Assembly: GCA_965644265.1 (NCBI GenBank)
Contig: OZ286466.1
Coordinates: forward strand, 70,556,001 to 70,620,000
DNA: 64,000 nt
Source of the DNA: Glycera tridactyla
Taxonomy: Eukaryota
Reading direction: 5' to 3'
The notes beneath the pieces are model-generated. The model was not told where the DNA came from and ran no database searches. It saw nothing but the letters and a program-made list of their open reading frames with translations. This document shows, piece by piece, positions 12,601 to 26,700 of the stretch. Each line of letters starts with the position of its first letter. Within the stretch, counting starts at the first letter, position 1. The position numbers and the translations under genes are program-made.

Positions 12601-14642
12601 CATTAATCAGTTCCAACTAATCTAACCTCCACTTATCGGACTACGCTGAGAAGAATTCAAAGATGATCACATAATTGTTTCGATTTTGTACATATACACA
12701 TATCTTATAGGGGTTTTGTTGAGCCGAAATAATCCTATGCTGGAATCTTTTTTTCTCAAAGCATGGACCAATCAGTCTTCGAAAGGTCAATTATTTGTTT
12801 GACAAGAATGGTGTCACCAACGTAATATATCGTATTGAAGATGAAAACAATAGTTCCATCAAACACCAACCTGTTCTGTGACTATGATCCACTTTTGTCG
12901 TGCAATTTCTATCCAGAGCCCACTGGTCAACATTGGTATGATTGGTTTGTATATTATCTGGCCAAATAACATCCACATGTATGTGATGTTCACCATTAAA
13001 ATCAATTGCAAGGCAAGAATGGTTGTTCAGACCGACGTTTCGACATTCCTCTACTGTGGGCATGGCTCGAACACCAAATGATTGTTGTGATGAGAAAAAG
13101 TGCCATGAGATGGTATCGCCTCTTTCGGAAATGGATTATCACATATGCTTATATCACGAAACAAAAAATATTCACTGTGCTCTGAACCAAACACAAAAAA
13201 ATTCTTCATTTTGATAGAATTTTGCATACTGAACTCACTGTATTACTGATACTGAAATATATAGTCTATATAACCTATGTTTGCAGCTTCGGAGCTGATA
13301 TTTGCCTCGAAATGTGATGAAAATGTAATGATGGGAAAATTTCGATAAAATAAGATGTCAATGCAAATTACCCATAGTAGTGCCACATGCTCGGTTCAGT
13401 ACGAATTGGTCGACTTCTGGATGATTGGTTTGGATGCGATCAGGCCAGGAAGGATCAACATGCATATAGCACTTGCCATTGAAGTCAATGGCTAAACAGG
13501 ACTGGTTGTTGAGGCATGCATCTTTACATTCCTCCACATTAGAGGCAGATGGAACTACGATGCCACCAAAGGCTAGCTGACTAGGGAACGATTCCCATGA
13601 AATGGAACAACCAGTGGCTGAAATGAAATTTACATTTCCACATTATTGTTTTTTGTATTATGTGATGAAGCAATCCCAATAGCTCAGATGTCTGACATCC
13701 ACCAGTTCTGAATTATAGTTGACAAGAGTATGACAGGTCTATTTTCGACGATGTGGTTTGTATATACTCAATCCCACTGCATGAATATGAAAAAGTTCAA
13801 ATGGGAAGTATCTGGCAGAACTTCTCCGTACAGTCATTTTCGAAAGTGACATAAATATCTGCCCATGCATGCTATCGTGCTTTTTAGTAGGTGAAGCATG
13901 AGATTGATTGAATTTTGTACCAAGAAAAAGGTTTCTAGCACCAGAAACCCATTTGGAAAACCCAATGTATTGTCAATCAAATCAGTGCTCTAGAAATCGG
14001 ATTTACAATGAGGTTTAAATATTGAAGAGATCATGCTGCAAATAGTGAGCTATCATTATCAAAAAATGATTCTGTTCGATGCAAAAGAATCTGAGAGGGA
14101 TATTTCTCAACGTAACGACTGCTTGATCTAAAGAGGTGACAGCATTGTGATATAGAAACATCAATTACCTATAGTAGTGCCACACGATCGGTTCGGTACC
14201 CATTGGTCAACATTTGGATGATTGGTTTGGATTTGGTCGGACCAGTTAGGATCGACATGCATATAACATTTGCCATTGAAGTCAATAGCTAAGCAGGACC
14301 CATTGTTTAGGCATGCATCTTTACATTCCTCAACATTAGATGCAGATGGAACTACGATTCCACCAAAAGCAAGCTGATTTGGAAATGATTCCCAAGTGAT
14401 GCTACAATCAGGTGTCGCTGAAATCAAATGGATACAAAGCGAATGAATACAACACGCTGGGACACATATTTCCAACAAATCAATTCATCATATAACCCAC
14501 AGCAGTCTTTCCTCAACATATCGGGTGTAGGGTAAGTTTTTGCTACTGATATGTGTTGGAAGGCATTCAAATATACAGTAAGATATGATATAATTCAACA
14601 CTCTGATGAGATTTTGACAAGGGAAATTCTCACTGTGTGATG

Positions 14643-14709
<67 letters not shown>

Positions 14710-17700
14710 GGAGAGGGAGAGAGAGAGACTCATTTGGACTTTGAGGTATCAATTATGGGTTTGAGAAGAAATGCATTGTCAGAGACTTTGCTAAATGTAG
14801 ACTTATCTTGTTAGAGGTGAAATTGTCTATACAGATTGACACTGGTGTGTATACTGTATTGCATTAGAGACCCCACAGGCACATATCTATAAGCTGGTGA
14901 ATGATTAGAAAGAGGCGAGATGCACACCCGATGCCTAACAAGATAAAGCTGATTTACCTATTGTAGTGCCACAGGCCCGGTGTAGCACCCATTGGTCCAC
15001 ATTTGGATGATTCGTTTGAATTCTGTCAGTCCAACTGGGCTCGACATGCATATAGCACTTGCCATTGAAATCAATAGCCAGACATGAACTATTGTTTATA
15101 CAGGCATCTTGACATTCTTGAACATTAGAGGCAGACGGAACAACAATTCCGTCAAAGGCTAGTTGGTTGGGAAATTCTTCCCATGATAATCTACAGTCTG
15201 AAATTGAAATTACATATTAGGTGAATGAATAGTTTTCTCACCGAGACATTAAGCTCCGAAGATTGATAACATTCTTGTGGATCTATTTTGACTGATTTTA
15301 GTGGATAAAACAGAATATCCCAGATAAATCAGATCTTATCCTCAGATCAATTATCTGAGGCCAGAATATTTGGTACATTCCATAATATCTTTCTCTGATA
15401 GAATCTTTTATTGCAATAAAAAAGTATGTCCTATGAACATTTATCACTTTTTAATGATTGTTAAACATTTTACAAGCTTCAGGTCTTTAGCTTATGGTGG
15501 ATGTGTTATGAGTAATATGACTCTTTGATTGCGCTGACTTGGACATTTGATTTATAATCATTACATCCATGGCTATTGCGAATGCGCTAAGTTTTGAGAT
15601 GGGTATTGAGCTCTGTCTAACCTGGAGAGAGGAATTACCTGATGGGCAGTTTCGATTCAGAACCCACTGGTCGACTTCTGGATGATTGGTTTGGATTCTA
15701 TCTGGCCAACTCGGATCAACGTGTATGTAGCATTTGCCATTGAAATCAATTGCAAGGCAAGACTTGTTGTTAAGACAGAAAGTTTGACATTCTTCCACTG
15801 TGGGCGCAGATGGAACAACGATTCCCCCAAATGCAAGTTGTGTTGGGAAGAAGTCCCATGAGATGGTACAGCCTCCCGCTGAAAAGAATTCCCACAAGAT
15901 GATTCATCACATAGTTGAACATCATTCCTATTACCAAACAATGAATGGTGACTTTGCTCACTGATCTGCTCTCTGGCAATATGGGATATTTCTCTAGTAT
16001 TTCAGTATTCGATGATCATTTTTCAAGGAACCTATTGTAAAAGCGATGATGAAGTTCATGTATGATGTTGACTCAACATTGCTCAAAAACTCCTAATCCT
16101 TTAGTGGTTGATCAATAATTTGTCCGGATAATTTGAAGAAAGAATTAATTGGAGGGATCTTTCGTAGAGTGTTAAGATTGCGAATTACCTATTGTGGTGC
16201 CACATGCTCGGTTCAGTACGAATTGGTCGACTTCTGGATGATTGGTTTGGATTCGATCAGGCCAGGAAGGATCAACATGCATATAGCACTTGCCATTGAA
16301 GTCAATGGCTAAACAGGACTGATTGTTGAGGCATGCATCTTTACATTCTTCCACATTAGAGGCAGATGGAACTACGATGCCACCAAAGGCTAGTTGACTA
16401 GGATACGATTCCCATGAAATGGAACAACCAGTGGCTGAAATGAAATTCACATTTGCATATCATTTCATCCTCTTTATCCTCTATATCGAGCGATGAATCA
16501 ATCCCCATAGCTCAGATGTCTATCATCCATCAGTTCTAAATGATGTACAAGTGCATAACAGGTCTTTTTCTGACAATTTACTTCAGGGTTACTTAATCGG
16601 ATTGCATGAATATGAGAAAGTACTCATGAAAGGTATCTGGTAAAATTTTGGCATATTCGAAATTGATGGGGATATTGATAATTCTTCACTATATAACTCA
16701 ATTCCATGGTTGTATATACATATAAGCTTTCTAATAGATCATAGATATCTGCTCATGCATTTAGACTGTTTAGTTGATGATGCATGAGATCCATTTCTTA
16801 ACTGGATAGAGGCTTTCAGCACCAAAAACCAAACTCGTGGAATGCCATCTAATGTCAATCAAATGAGTGCTAGAATGTAGATCTACCATGAGGTTTCAAA
16901 CATCGGATAAACATGCTGCAAACAGAGAGCTATCAGATGTCATCATTATCGAATAATAATATTTTTCCATGAATAGGTGACAGCGTTATGATATCAAAAC
17001 TTCAGTTACCTATAGTAGTGCCACATGATCGGTTCGGCACCCATTGGTCAACGTTTGGGTGATTGGTTTGGATTTGGTCAGCCCAGTTAGGATCGACATG
17101 CATATAACATTTGCCATTGAAGTCAATAGCTAAGCAGGACCCATTGTTCAAGCATGCATCTTTACATTCCTCAACATTAGATGCAGATGGAACTACAATT
17201 CCACCAAAGGCGAGCTGATTTGGGTAAGAATCCCAGGTGATGCTACAATCAGGTGTCGCTGAAATCAAATAAATACAACCGGGTCTTGACAAAGTTTTTC
17301 CGATGAATCAATCTATCACATAAAATCCACAGTAGTTCTTCCCCAACAAGTTTGGTGTACAATCAGTTTATGCTGCTGGAATGTGTTGAAAATCATTCAA
17401 ATATACAGTGAGAAATAACGCAAGTCATCAGGTCGACAATAAATGCAATAATAGAGACTGTGAGCTGTCAGCATTGCTGAAAATATACTAACCTTGTTTG
17501 ATGCATATAACCAGTGACTGGTGAATGATTCAAAGAGGGGAAAATGCACAAGTAATTCCTAACAAGATGAAGCTGATTTACCTATTGTAGTGCCACAGGC
17601 TCGGTGTAGCACCCATTGATCCACATTAGGATGATTCGTTTGAATTCTGTCAGTCCAACTAGGCTCGATATGCATATAGCATTTGCCATTAAAATCAATA

Positions 17701-20700
17701 GCTAGACATGAACTATTGTTTATACAGGCATCTTGACATTCTTGAACATTAGAAGCAGACGGAACAACAATTCCATCAAAGGCTAGTTGATTGGGAAATT
17801 CTTCCCATGAGATTCTACAGTCTGAAATCGAAATTACATAGGTGAATGAATTGTCCTGTGTCTGATACATTAAGCTCTAAAAATATTGATGATATTCATG
17901 GGGATCTATTCTGAGTTATTTTACGGTAAGAAATCTGTTCACAGAAAACTCAAGAGGAATCGGAGGTTATTTTCGAATAAAGTGTCTGAGGCTAGTATAT
18001 TTGATACATTCCAGAATATTCATCTTGAACTTAATGTTATTTCTCAACAGAAAAGCATGTTCAATGAAGATCTTCCATTTTGTATTAATTGTTAGGCACA
18101 TCATCAGATTCAGTTTTGTTGCCTCTGGGTAATATATTGTGATCCAAATGGCCCTTGAATGGTGCTGACTGGAAAATTTTATTCATAACCATTACATACA
18201 TGGCTCCAGCAACTATACTCAGTTTTGAGGTAGTCGTTAGATTCCGTAGTTTTGGAGGGAGGAATTACCTGATGGGCAGTTTCGATTCAGAACCCACTGG
18301 TCGACCTCAGGATGATTGGTTTGGATTCTATCAGGCCAATTAGGATCCATGTGTATGTAACATTTGCCATTGAAATCAATTGCAAGGCAGGACTGGTTGT
18401 TAAGACAGAAAGTTTGACATTCTTCCACTGTGGGTGCAGATGGAACAACAATTCCTCCAAATGCTAGTTGTGACGGGAAAAAGTCCCATGAGATGGTACA
18501 GCCTCCCGCTGAAAAGAATTCCCACAAGATGATTCATCGCATAGCTGAACATCTTTCAATTCACTAAACAATGACATCTCACTTCACTCTGATCTGCTCT
18601 CCTGCAATATGATGAAGGACTCCAGAATTCAATTGATCATCGATTATTCCTCACGGATAATGAGGTTGACCTATCTGTAAAACTGATTCTCTATTGCAGT
18701 AGCATTTTGTATTGTGAATCTATCATAATACTGATCGTAGAATTCATTTATGATGTAAACACACCACTGGACAGAAAATCCCTCATTGTCAGTGATCGAT
18801 CAAATATTTGTCTGGAGAATACGATGAAATGAAATGAACAGATCTGGCAAAGGGAGGAGAGTAAAGTTTGCGAATTACCTATTGTGGTGCCACATGCTCG
18901 GTTCAGTACGAATTGGTCGACTTCTGGATGATTGGTTTGGATGCGATCAGGCCAAGAAGGATCAACATGCATATAGCATTTCCCATTGAAGTCAATGGCT
19001 AAACAGGACTGGTTGTTGAGGCATGCATCTTTACATTCCTCAACATTAGAGGCAGATGGAACTACGATGCCACCAAAGGCTAGCTGACTAGGAAAGGATT
19101 CCCATGAAATGGAACAACCAGTAGCTGAAATGAAATTTAAATTTGCATATCATTTTATCCATTTTATACTTTATATCATGCGATGAATCAATCCCCATCG
19201 CTCGGATGTCTATCATCCATCAGTTCTGAATGATGTACAAGTGCATAACGAGTTTTTTTTTGACGATGTAGTTCAGAGGTACCTAATCTCACTGCATGAA
19301 TACGAGGAAGTACACATGGAAAGTGTCTGGTAATTCTTTTTGGCATATTCGAAATTAATGGGGATATTATTAATTCTTCACTATATCACTCCAACACATG
19401 GTTGTTTACACATATAAACTTTCTTACAGATGACAGATATCTGCTTATTTATTCAGCCTGTTTAGTTGATGAAGCTTCGGATCAATTTCTGTAGCTGGAT
19501 ATAGGCTTCCAGTACCATAAACCAAACTTGAGGAATATGCCATGTAGTGTCAATCAAATGAGAGCCCGAATTTAGATCTACTGTGAGTTGAACATTTAGA
19601 TAATCTTGCTGCAAATAGTGAGCAATTGAATGACATTATTATAAAATACGATCTTTTTCCATGAATAGGCGACAGTGTTGTGATATCAAAACAACAATTA
19701 CCTATAGTAGTGCCACATGATCGGTTAGGTACCCATTGGTCAACGTTTGGGTGATTGGTTTGAATTTGGTCGGCCCAGTTAGGATCAACATGCATATAAC
19801 ATTTGCCATTGAAGTCAATAGCTAAGCAAGACCCATTGTTTAAGCATGCATCTTTACATTCTTCAACATTAGATGCAGATGGAACTACGATTCCACCAAA
19901 GGCAAGCTGATTTGGGTAAGAGTCCCAGGTGATGCTGCAATCAGGTGTCGCTGAAATCAAATGAATACAACCGGATCTTGAAAGAGTTTTCAGATGAATC
20001 AATCTATCAAATCAAATCCACAGTACTTCGTCCCCAACAAATCTGGTGTAGAATCAGTTTGTGCTGCTGGATGGTGTTGAGAATCTTTGAATATACAGTG
20101 AGAAATGCTGTGAGTCATCAGCACGACAAGAAATGCTATAGCAGAGACTGTAATCTCTCATCATTGCTGAAAATACACTAACCTTGTTTGAGGCACATGA
20201 CTAGTAATGGTGAATGATTTAAGAAGGGAAAATGCACAAGTTATGCCGATCAAGATGAGGCTGATTTACCTATTGTAGTGCCACAGGCTCGGTGTAGCAC
20301 CCATTGATCCACATTAGGATGATTCGTTTGAATTCTGTCAGTCCAACTAGGCTCGACATGCATATAGCACTTGCCATTAAAATCAATAGCTAGACATGAA
20401 CTATTGTTTATACAGGCATCTTGACATTCTTGAACATTTGAAGCAGACGGAACAACAATTCCATCAAAGGCTAGTTGGTTGGGAAATTCTTCCCATGAAA
20501 TTCTACAGTCTGAAATTGAAATTACATAGGTGTATGAATATTTCCCCAACTGAGACATTAGGCACTAAGAAAGATTGATTATATTCAGGTGGATCTATTT
20601 TGAGTGATTTTACTGTGAAAAATCTGTTTACAGAAAACTCAAGAAAAATCGGATGTTATTTTCAAATCAACTGTCTGAGGCTGGTGTTTTTGATACGTTC

Positions 20701-23700
20701 CAAAATATTCATCTTGAACTGAAGGTTATTTCTCAACAAAAAAAGATTTGTTACCTCCAAAAATGACACTTGAATGGTTTTGACAGTGAAATTTTAAACC
20801 ATTACATATATGGCTCTAGCAAATATGTTTAGTTTTGATATAGACATAGGATTTTGGGGTTTTCAAGGGAAGAATTACCTGATGGGCAGTTTCGATTCAG
20901 AACCCACTGGTCGACCTCAGGATGATTGGTTTGGATTCTATCAGGCCAATTAGGATCCATGTGTATGTAACATTTGCCATTGAAATCAATTGCAAGGCAG
21001 GACTGGTTGTTAAGACAGAAAGTTTGACATTCTTCCACCGTGGGCGCAGATGGAACAACAATTCCTCCAAATGCTAGTTGTGACGGGAAAAAGTCCCATG
21101 AGATGGTACAGCCTCCCGCTGAAAAGAATTCCCACAAGATGATTCATCGCATAGCTGAACATCTTTCAATTCACTAAACAATGACAGCTCACTTCACTTT
21201 GATCTGCTTTCCTACAATATGATGAAATACTCCAGTATTCCATTGATCGTTGATTATTCTTCACGGATTATGAGGTTGACCCATCTGTAAAACTGATTCT
21301 TTATTGCAGTAGCATTTTCTATTGTGAACCTATCATAATACTGATACTGGATTTCATTTATGATGTAAACAAACCACTGGTCAGAAATTCCCTCGTAGTC
21401 AGCGATCGATCAGATATTTATCTGGAGAATACTATGAAATGAAAGGAACAAATCTTGCAGGAAAAGGGGGGGGGGGTTAAAGTTTGCAAGTTACCTATTG
21501 TGGTGCCACATGCTCGGTTCAATACGAATTGGTCGACTTCTGGATGATTGGTTTGGATGCGATCAGGCCAGGAAGGATCAACATGCATATAGCACTTGCC
21601 ATTGAAGTCAATGGCTAAACAGGACTGGTTGTTGAGGCATGCATCTTTACATTCCTCAACATTAGAGGCCGATGGAACCACGATTCCACCAAAGGCAAGC
21701 TGACTAGGAAACGATTCCCATGAAATGGAACAACCAGTAGCTGAAATGAAATTTACATTTGCATATTATTTTATTCAGTTCATACTTCATATCGAGCGAT
21801 GAATCAATCCCCATCACTCGGATGTCTATCATCCATCAGTTCCGAATGATGTACAAGTGCATAACTGGTCTTTTTCAAACATTGTTCTTCAGGGTTACCT
21901 AATCCCACTGTATGAATACGAGGAAGTACACATGGAAAGTGTCTGGTAAAATGTTTTGGCATTTTCGGAATTAATGGGGATATCGATAATTCTCCACTAA
22001 ATCATTTTACTCCATGGTTGTTCACACGTAATAGCTTTCTGATAGATCATAGATGTCTGCTTATGCATTCAGACTGTTTAGTTGATGATGCACGAGATTG
22101 ATTTTTGTATCCGGATATAGGTTTTCAGCACCAGAAATTAAACTCGAGGAATTCCATGTAGTGTCAATCAAATGAGTGCTAGAATTAAGATTCACTGAGA
22201 GTTTTCGAAGATTGAGATAATCATGTTGCAATTGGTGAGGTATCAAATATCATCATTATCGAATAATGATATTTTTCAATGAATAGTTGACAATGTTATG
22301 ATAACAAATCATCAATTACCTATAGTGGTGCCACATGATCGGTTCGGTACCCATTGGTCAACATTTGGGTGATTGGTTTGGATTTGGTCGGCCCAGTTAG
22401 GATCGACATGCATATAACATTTGCCATTGAAGTCAATGGCTAAGCAGGACCCATTGTTTAAGCATGCATCTTTACATTGTTCAACATCAGATGCAGACGG
22501 AACTACAATTCCACCGAAGGCAAGCTGATTTGGGTAAGAGTCCCAGGTGATGCTACAATCAGGTGTCGCTGAAATCAAATGGATAAAACCGGGTCTTGAC
22601 AAAGATTTTGGATAAATCAATTTATCACACAAAATCCACAGTAGTTCTTCCCCAAGAAGCCTGGTGTGGAATCAGTTTGTGCTGCTAAACTGTATTGAAA
22701 ATCTTTAAATATATAGTAAGAGAGAATGCAAGTCATTGGTCCGACAAGAAATGCAATAACGGAGACTGAAAGCTCACATCATTGCTGAATATGCACTGAC
22801 CTTGTTTGAGGCACATATCTAGTAATGGTGAATGATGTAAAGAAGGGAAAATTCACAAGTTATGCCGAACAAGATGAAGCTGATTTACCTATTGTAGTGC
22901 CACAGGCTCGGTGTAGCACCCATTGATCCACATTAGGATGATTCGTTTGAATTCTGTCAGTCCAACTAGGCTCGACATGCATATAGCACTTGCCATTAAA
23001 ATCAATAGCTAGACATGAACTATTGTTTATACAGGCATCTTGACATTCTTGAACATTAGAAGCAGACGGAACAACAATTCCATCAAAGGCTAGTTGGTTA
23101 GGAAATTCTTCCCATGAAATTCTACAGTCTGAAATCGAAATTACATGGGTACATGAATGGCTCTCCGACTGAGAGAAACAGCTTTTATAAAGCTTGATTA
23201 TATTCATATTGAACTATTTTAAGTTATTTGGTGTAAAAAATCTGATAACGGGAGAAACAAGATATATAAGACATCAAATCGAACCAACTATCTAAGCCTG
23301 AAAAATTTGATACGTTCTGATATATCTCTCTTCAATTAATTCTTATTTGTTCTATGAATGTTTTCCACATTGTATTGATTTTTATACATGTTACAAGCTT
23401 CAGTTTTCTTGCCTCCAGTTGTTATGTTGTAGGTAACATGATTCTTTGGTGGTGCTGACTAGGACATCTGATCTATAATCATTACATACATGGCCATTGC
23501 AAATGTGCTTAGGCATTGGGCTTTGTCTGTTCTGGAAGGAGGAATTACCTGATGGGCAGTTTCGATTCAGAACCCACTGATCGACTTCGGGATGATTGGT
23601 TTGGATTCTATCTGGCCAACTTGGATCCACATGTATGTAGCATTTGCCATTGAAATCAATTGCAAGGCAAGACTGGTTGTTAAGACAGTAATTTTGACAT

Positions 23701-26700
23701 TCTTCTACTGTGGGCGCAGATGGAACAACAATTCCACCAAATGCTAGTTGTGTTGGGAAGAAGTCCCATGAGATGGTACAGCCTCCCGCTGAAAAGAATT
23801 TCCACAAGATGATGCATTGCATAGCTGAACATCGTTGGTATCACCAAACAATTAATGTTCACTTCACTCGTTGATCCGCTCTCTGACAATATTGGAAAGC
23901 TCTATCTTATCTATCATTGATTATTGTTAATGGTTTTTGAGACTGATCCATCGGTGCAAGTTGTTAAGATAGTATATTATATTTTGAACCTAGTGTGATA
24001 CTGAAACTGAAATTCATAAATGATGTATACACACCACTGGTCAGAAATTACCATATCTTCAGCGAATCATCCAATATTTGTCTGACGAATGAGATGAAAT
24101 TAAATGGAATTATTCGTGGTGGAAGGGTGGGGACCTAGTTAAGCAAATTACCTATTCTACTTTTACATGAAATGGCACGGATATTAGGGATCATACTAGT
24201 GTGCTGTATTAGGCAGAATTTTCTTATCTGGTCATCTCCTGAAATTAGGGTGATACCTAAATGTATCCCACTCCACTGTGCTGAATTGCACATGGGCATA
24301 TACTAATTGATCATGATTATCTGCTTATGCGTTTCATTAGGAAATGGTAGTGTTTTTTGCTAACAGGAATGGGATTATCTGCAACAGAAATCCGACTCGA
24401 AATAACCTTGATGTGATAATTAAATCAGTGTGAACATTGAATCAGAGATGAAGTTCCAGATATTTAGATGATAGTGCACAAATTATTTCACTATAAGAAT
24501 GAGAAAACTATTGAAGTCTAATGCTGTCCGATGCTGACCCTTAAGGAGTGAAATCATTTTACTCAACTGTTCTGGAGGTATGACATAACAGATTTTGATT
24601 ACCTACAGTAGTGCCACAAGCACGGTTTGGTACGAATTGGTCAACATTGGGATGATTGGTTTGGATCCGGTCAGGCCAGTTTGGATCGACATGCATATAG
24701 CACTTGCCATTGAAGTCAATGGCTAGACAGGACCGATTGTTCATGCATGCATCTTTACATTCCTCTACATTGGAGGCAGATGGAACTACGATTCCACCAA
24801 AGGCAAGCTGATTAGGAAAAGACTCCCAGGTGATGCTACAATCAGGTGTGGCTGAAATCGAATTAGTGAAACATGAGCAGATCAATCGCCTGGCTGATTT
24901 TTTCACCTCCCACATCCCGCACCAGCCTTTTCCTTACATAGTGAGTAGACACGATGCATCTGATGTCGAGAAGCTAAAAATGTATATAATTACAAGCACC
25001 AAGTCTGACGAGCGTAGCTACCTGTGAAGTGTCAGTTATAAAATTGACAAGAATATAATTAAGATGAATTGTATGATCTGGTTATTGTGCAATACATATT
25101 GAATATATGTTTGGTGTGTGGAGAAAATGTTCTCCTCAGATTCACCTGATTCACCACAGTTTATATATACCTCCATTCAAAGTTCAATGGTGAACAATCT
25201 AGTAACTTTCAAATCATTGAATAGAAGAAAAACATCATACAATCAATGGATGCAAAATATGCAATCGCTTTACCTATGGTGGTGCCACAAGCTCGGTGTA
25301 GCACCCATTGATCCACATTCGGGTGATTGGTTTGAATTCTGTCTATCCAACTGGGCTCAATATGCATATAACACTTGCCATTAAAATCAATGGCTAGACA
25401 TGAACTATTTTTTATACATGCATCTTGACATTCTTGAACGTTAGAAGCAGATGGAACAACAATTCCATCAAATGCTAGCTGGTTGGGAAATGCTTCCCAT
25501 GAGATTCTACAGTCTGAAATTGAAATTATATGGATGAATAAATGTAGAATTAGTGCAAGTCATCTTTGATGAAGACTAATGATGAGTGTTTGGATACATT
25601 CTCTGTGATGTTAGTATGAAGATCATGATTATATAGAAAGAGCCCTGACGATTTCAAATTCATTTACTGCCTTATCAAGGTCAAGAAATATCTTTCCATT
25701 ACTGTGTCTTACTTTCCAGCTGAAAAAAACATTCTATCTTTTCCCACTTTGAGTTGATTGTTACAAGCATCAATAATCTTCCCTCAATTGGACCTATCAA
25801 AAGCAGGAAGACACTTGGGTGGTTCTGACTTAGGAATACATATCATTACTCTATATGGATGGAATGTATATACTTTTGGTTAAATGCTTCCCATGAAACT
25901 GCCTTTCAGGAAAGTTTATGAACTACATCTGTTTTGGCATGCAGAATTACCTTGGGATGGACAGTTTCGATTCAAAACCCATTGGTCAACATTGGGATGA
26001 TTGGTTTGGATTTTATCTTGCCAATTAGTATCCACATGTATGTAGCATTTGCCATTGAAATCAATTGCGAAGCAAGACTGGTTGTTAAGACAGAAATTTT
26101 GACACGCTTCAACTGTGGTGGCAGATGGAATAACGATTCCACCATATGCTAGTTGTGATGGGAAGAAGTCCCATGAGATGGTACAGCCTCCCGCTGAAAT
26201 GTGAAGTTTCACTGAATAAAGTTAAATTGAAAAATATAAGCAAAGTTTCTGGCAACACTGCACTTCATGAGTTTCAAAAGTGAAGGCGATATTGAGATTC
26301 TTCCAGTGAAAACAGTACTGAATTACAAAAAATGTATACTATTATATCACTATCCACTAGTTGTGCATGTATTTACGATAGGTATTACATGTGATTAGTT
26401 GATTAGCTGAAATAATAGCATCTTGGTGAAAATAACAGTGGAGAATTTGAGTTGGTGATGATGTCCTGAGAATTTGGATGTACAGAGCTGACTATTAATT
26501 GGCTTTGACATCAATGAATACAGATCCTGCCTGCTCGATGCCATGCACTCTGAAAAGAAAACACCATCAAAATACAACAGCTAGAACTCAATAGATGGAA
26601 GGAACTTGATAGGAAAATTTGAATTACCCATAGTAGTGCCACATGCTCGGTTCGGTACGAATTGGTCAACATTAGGATGGTTGGTTTGAATCTGGTCAGA

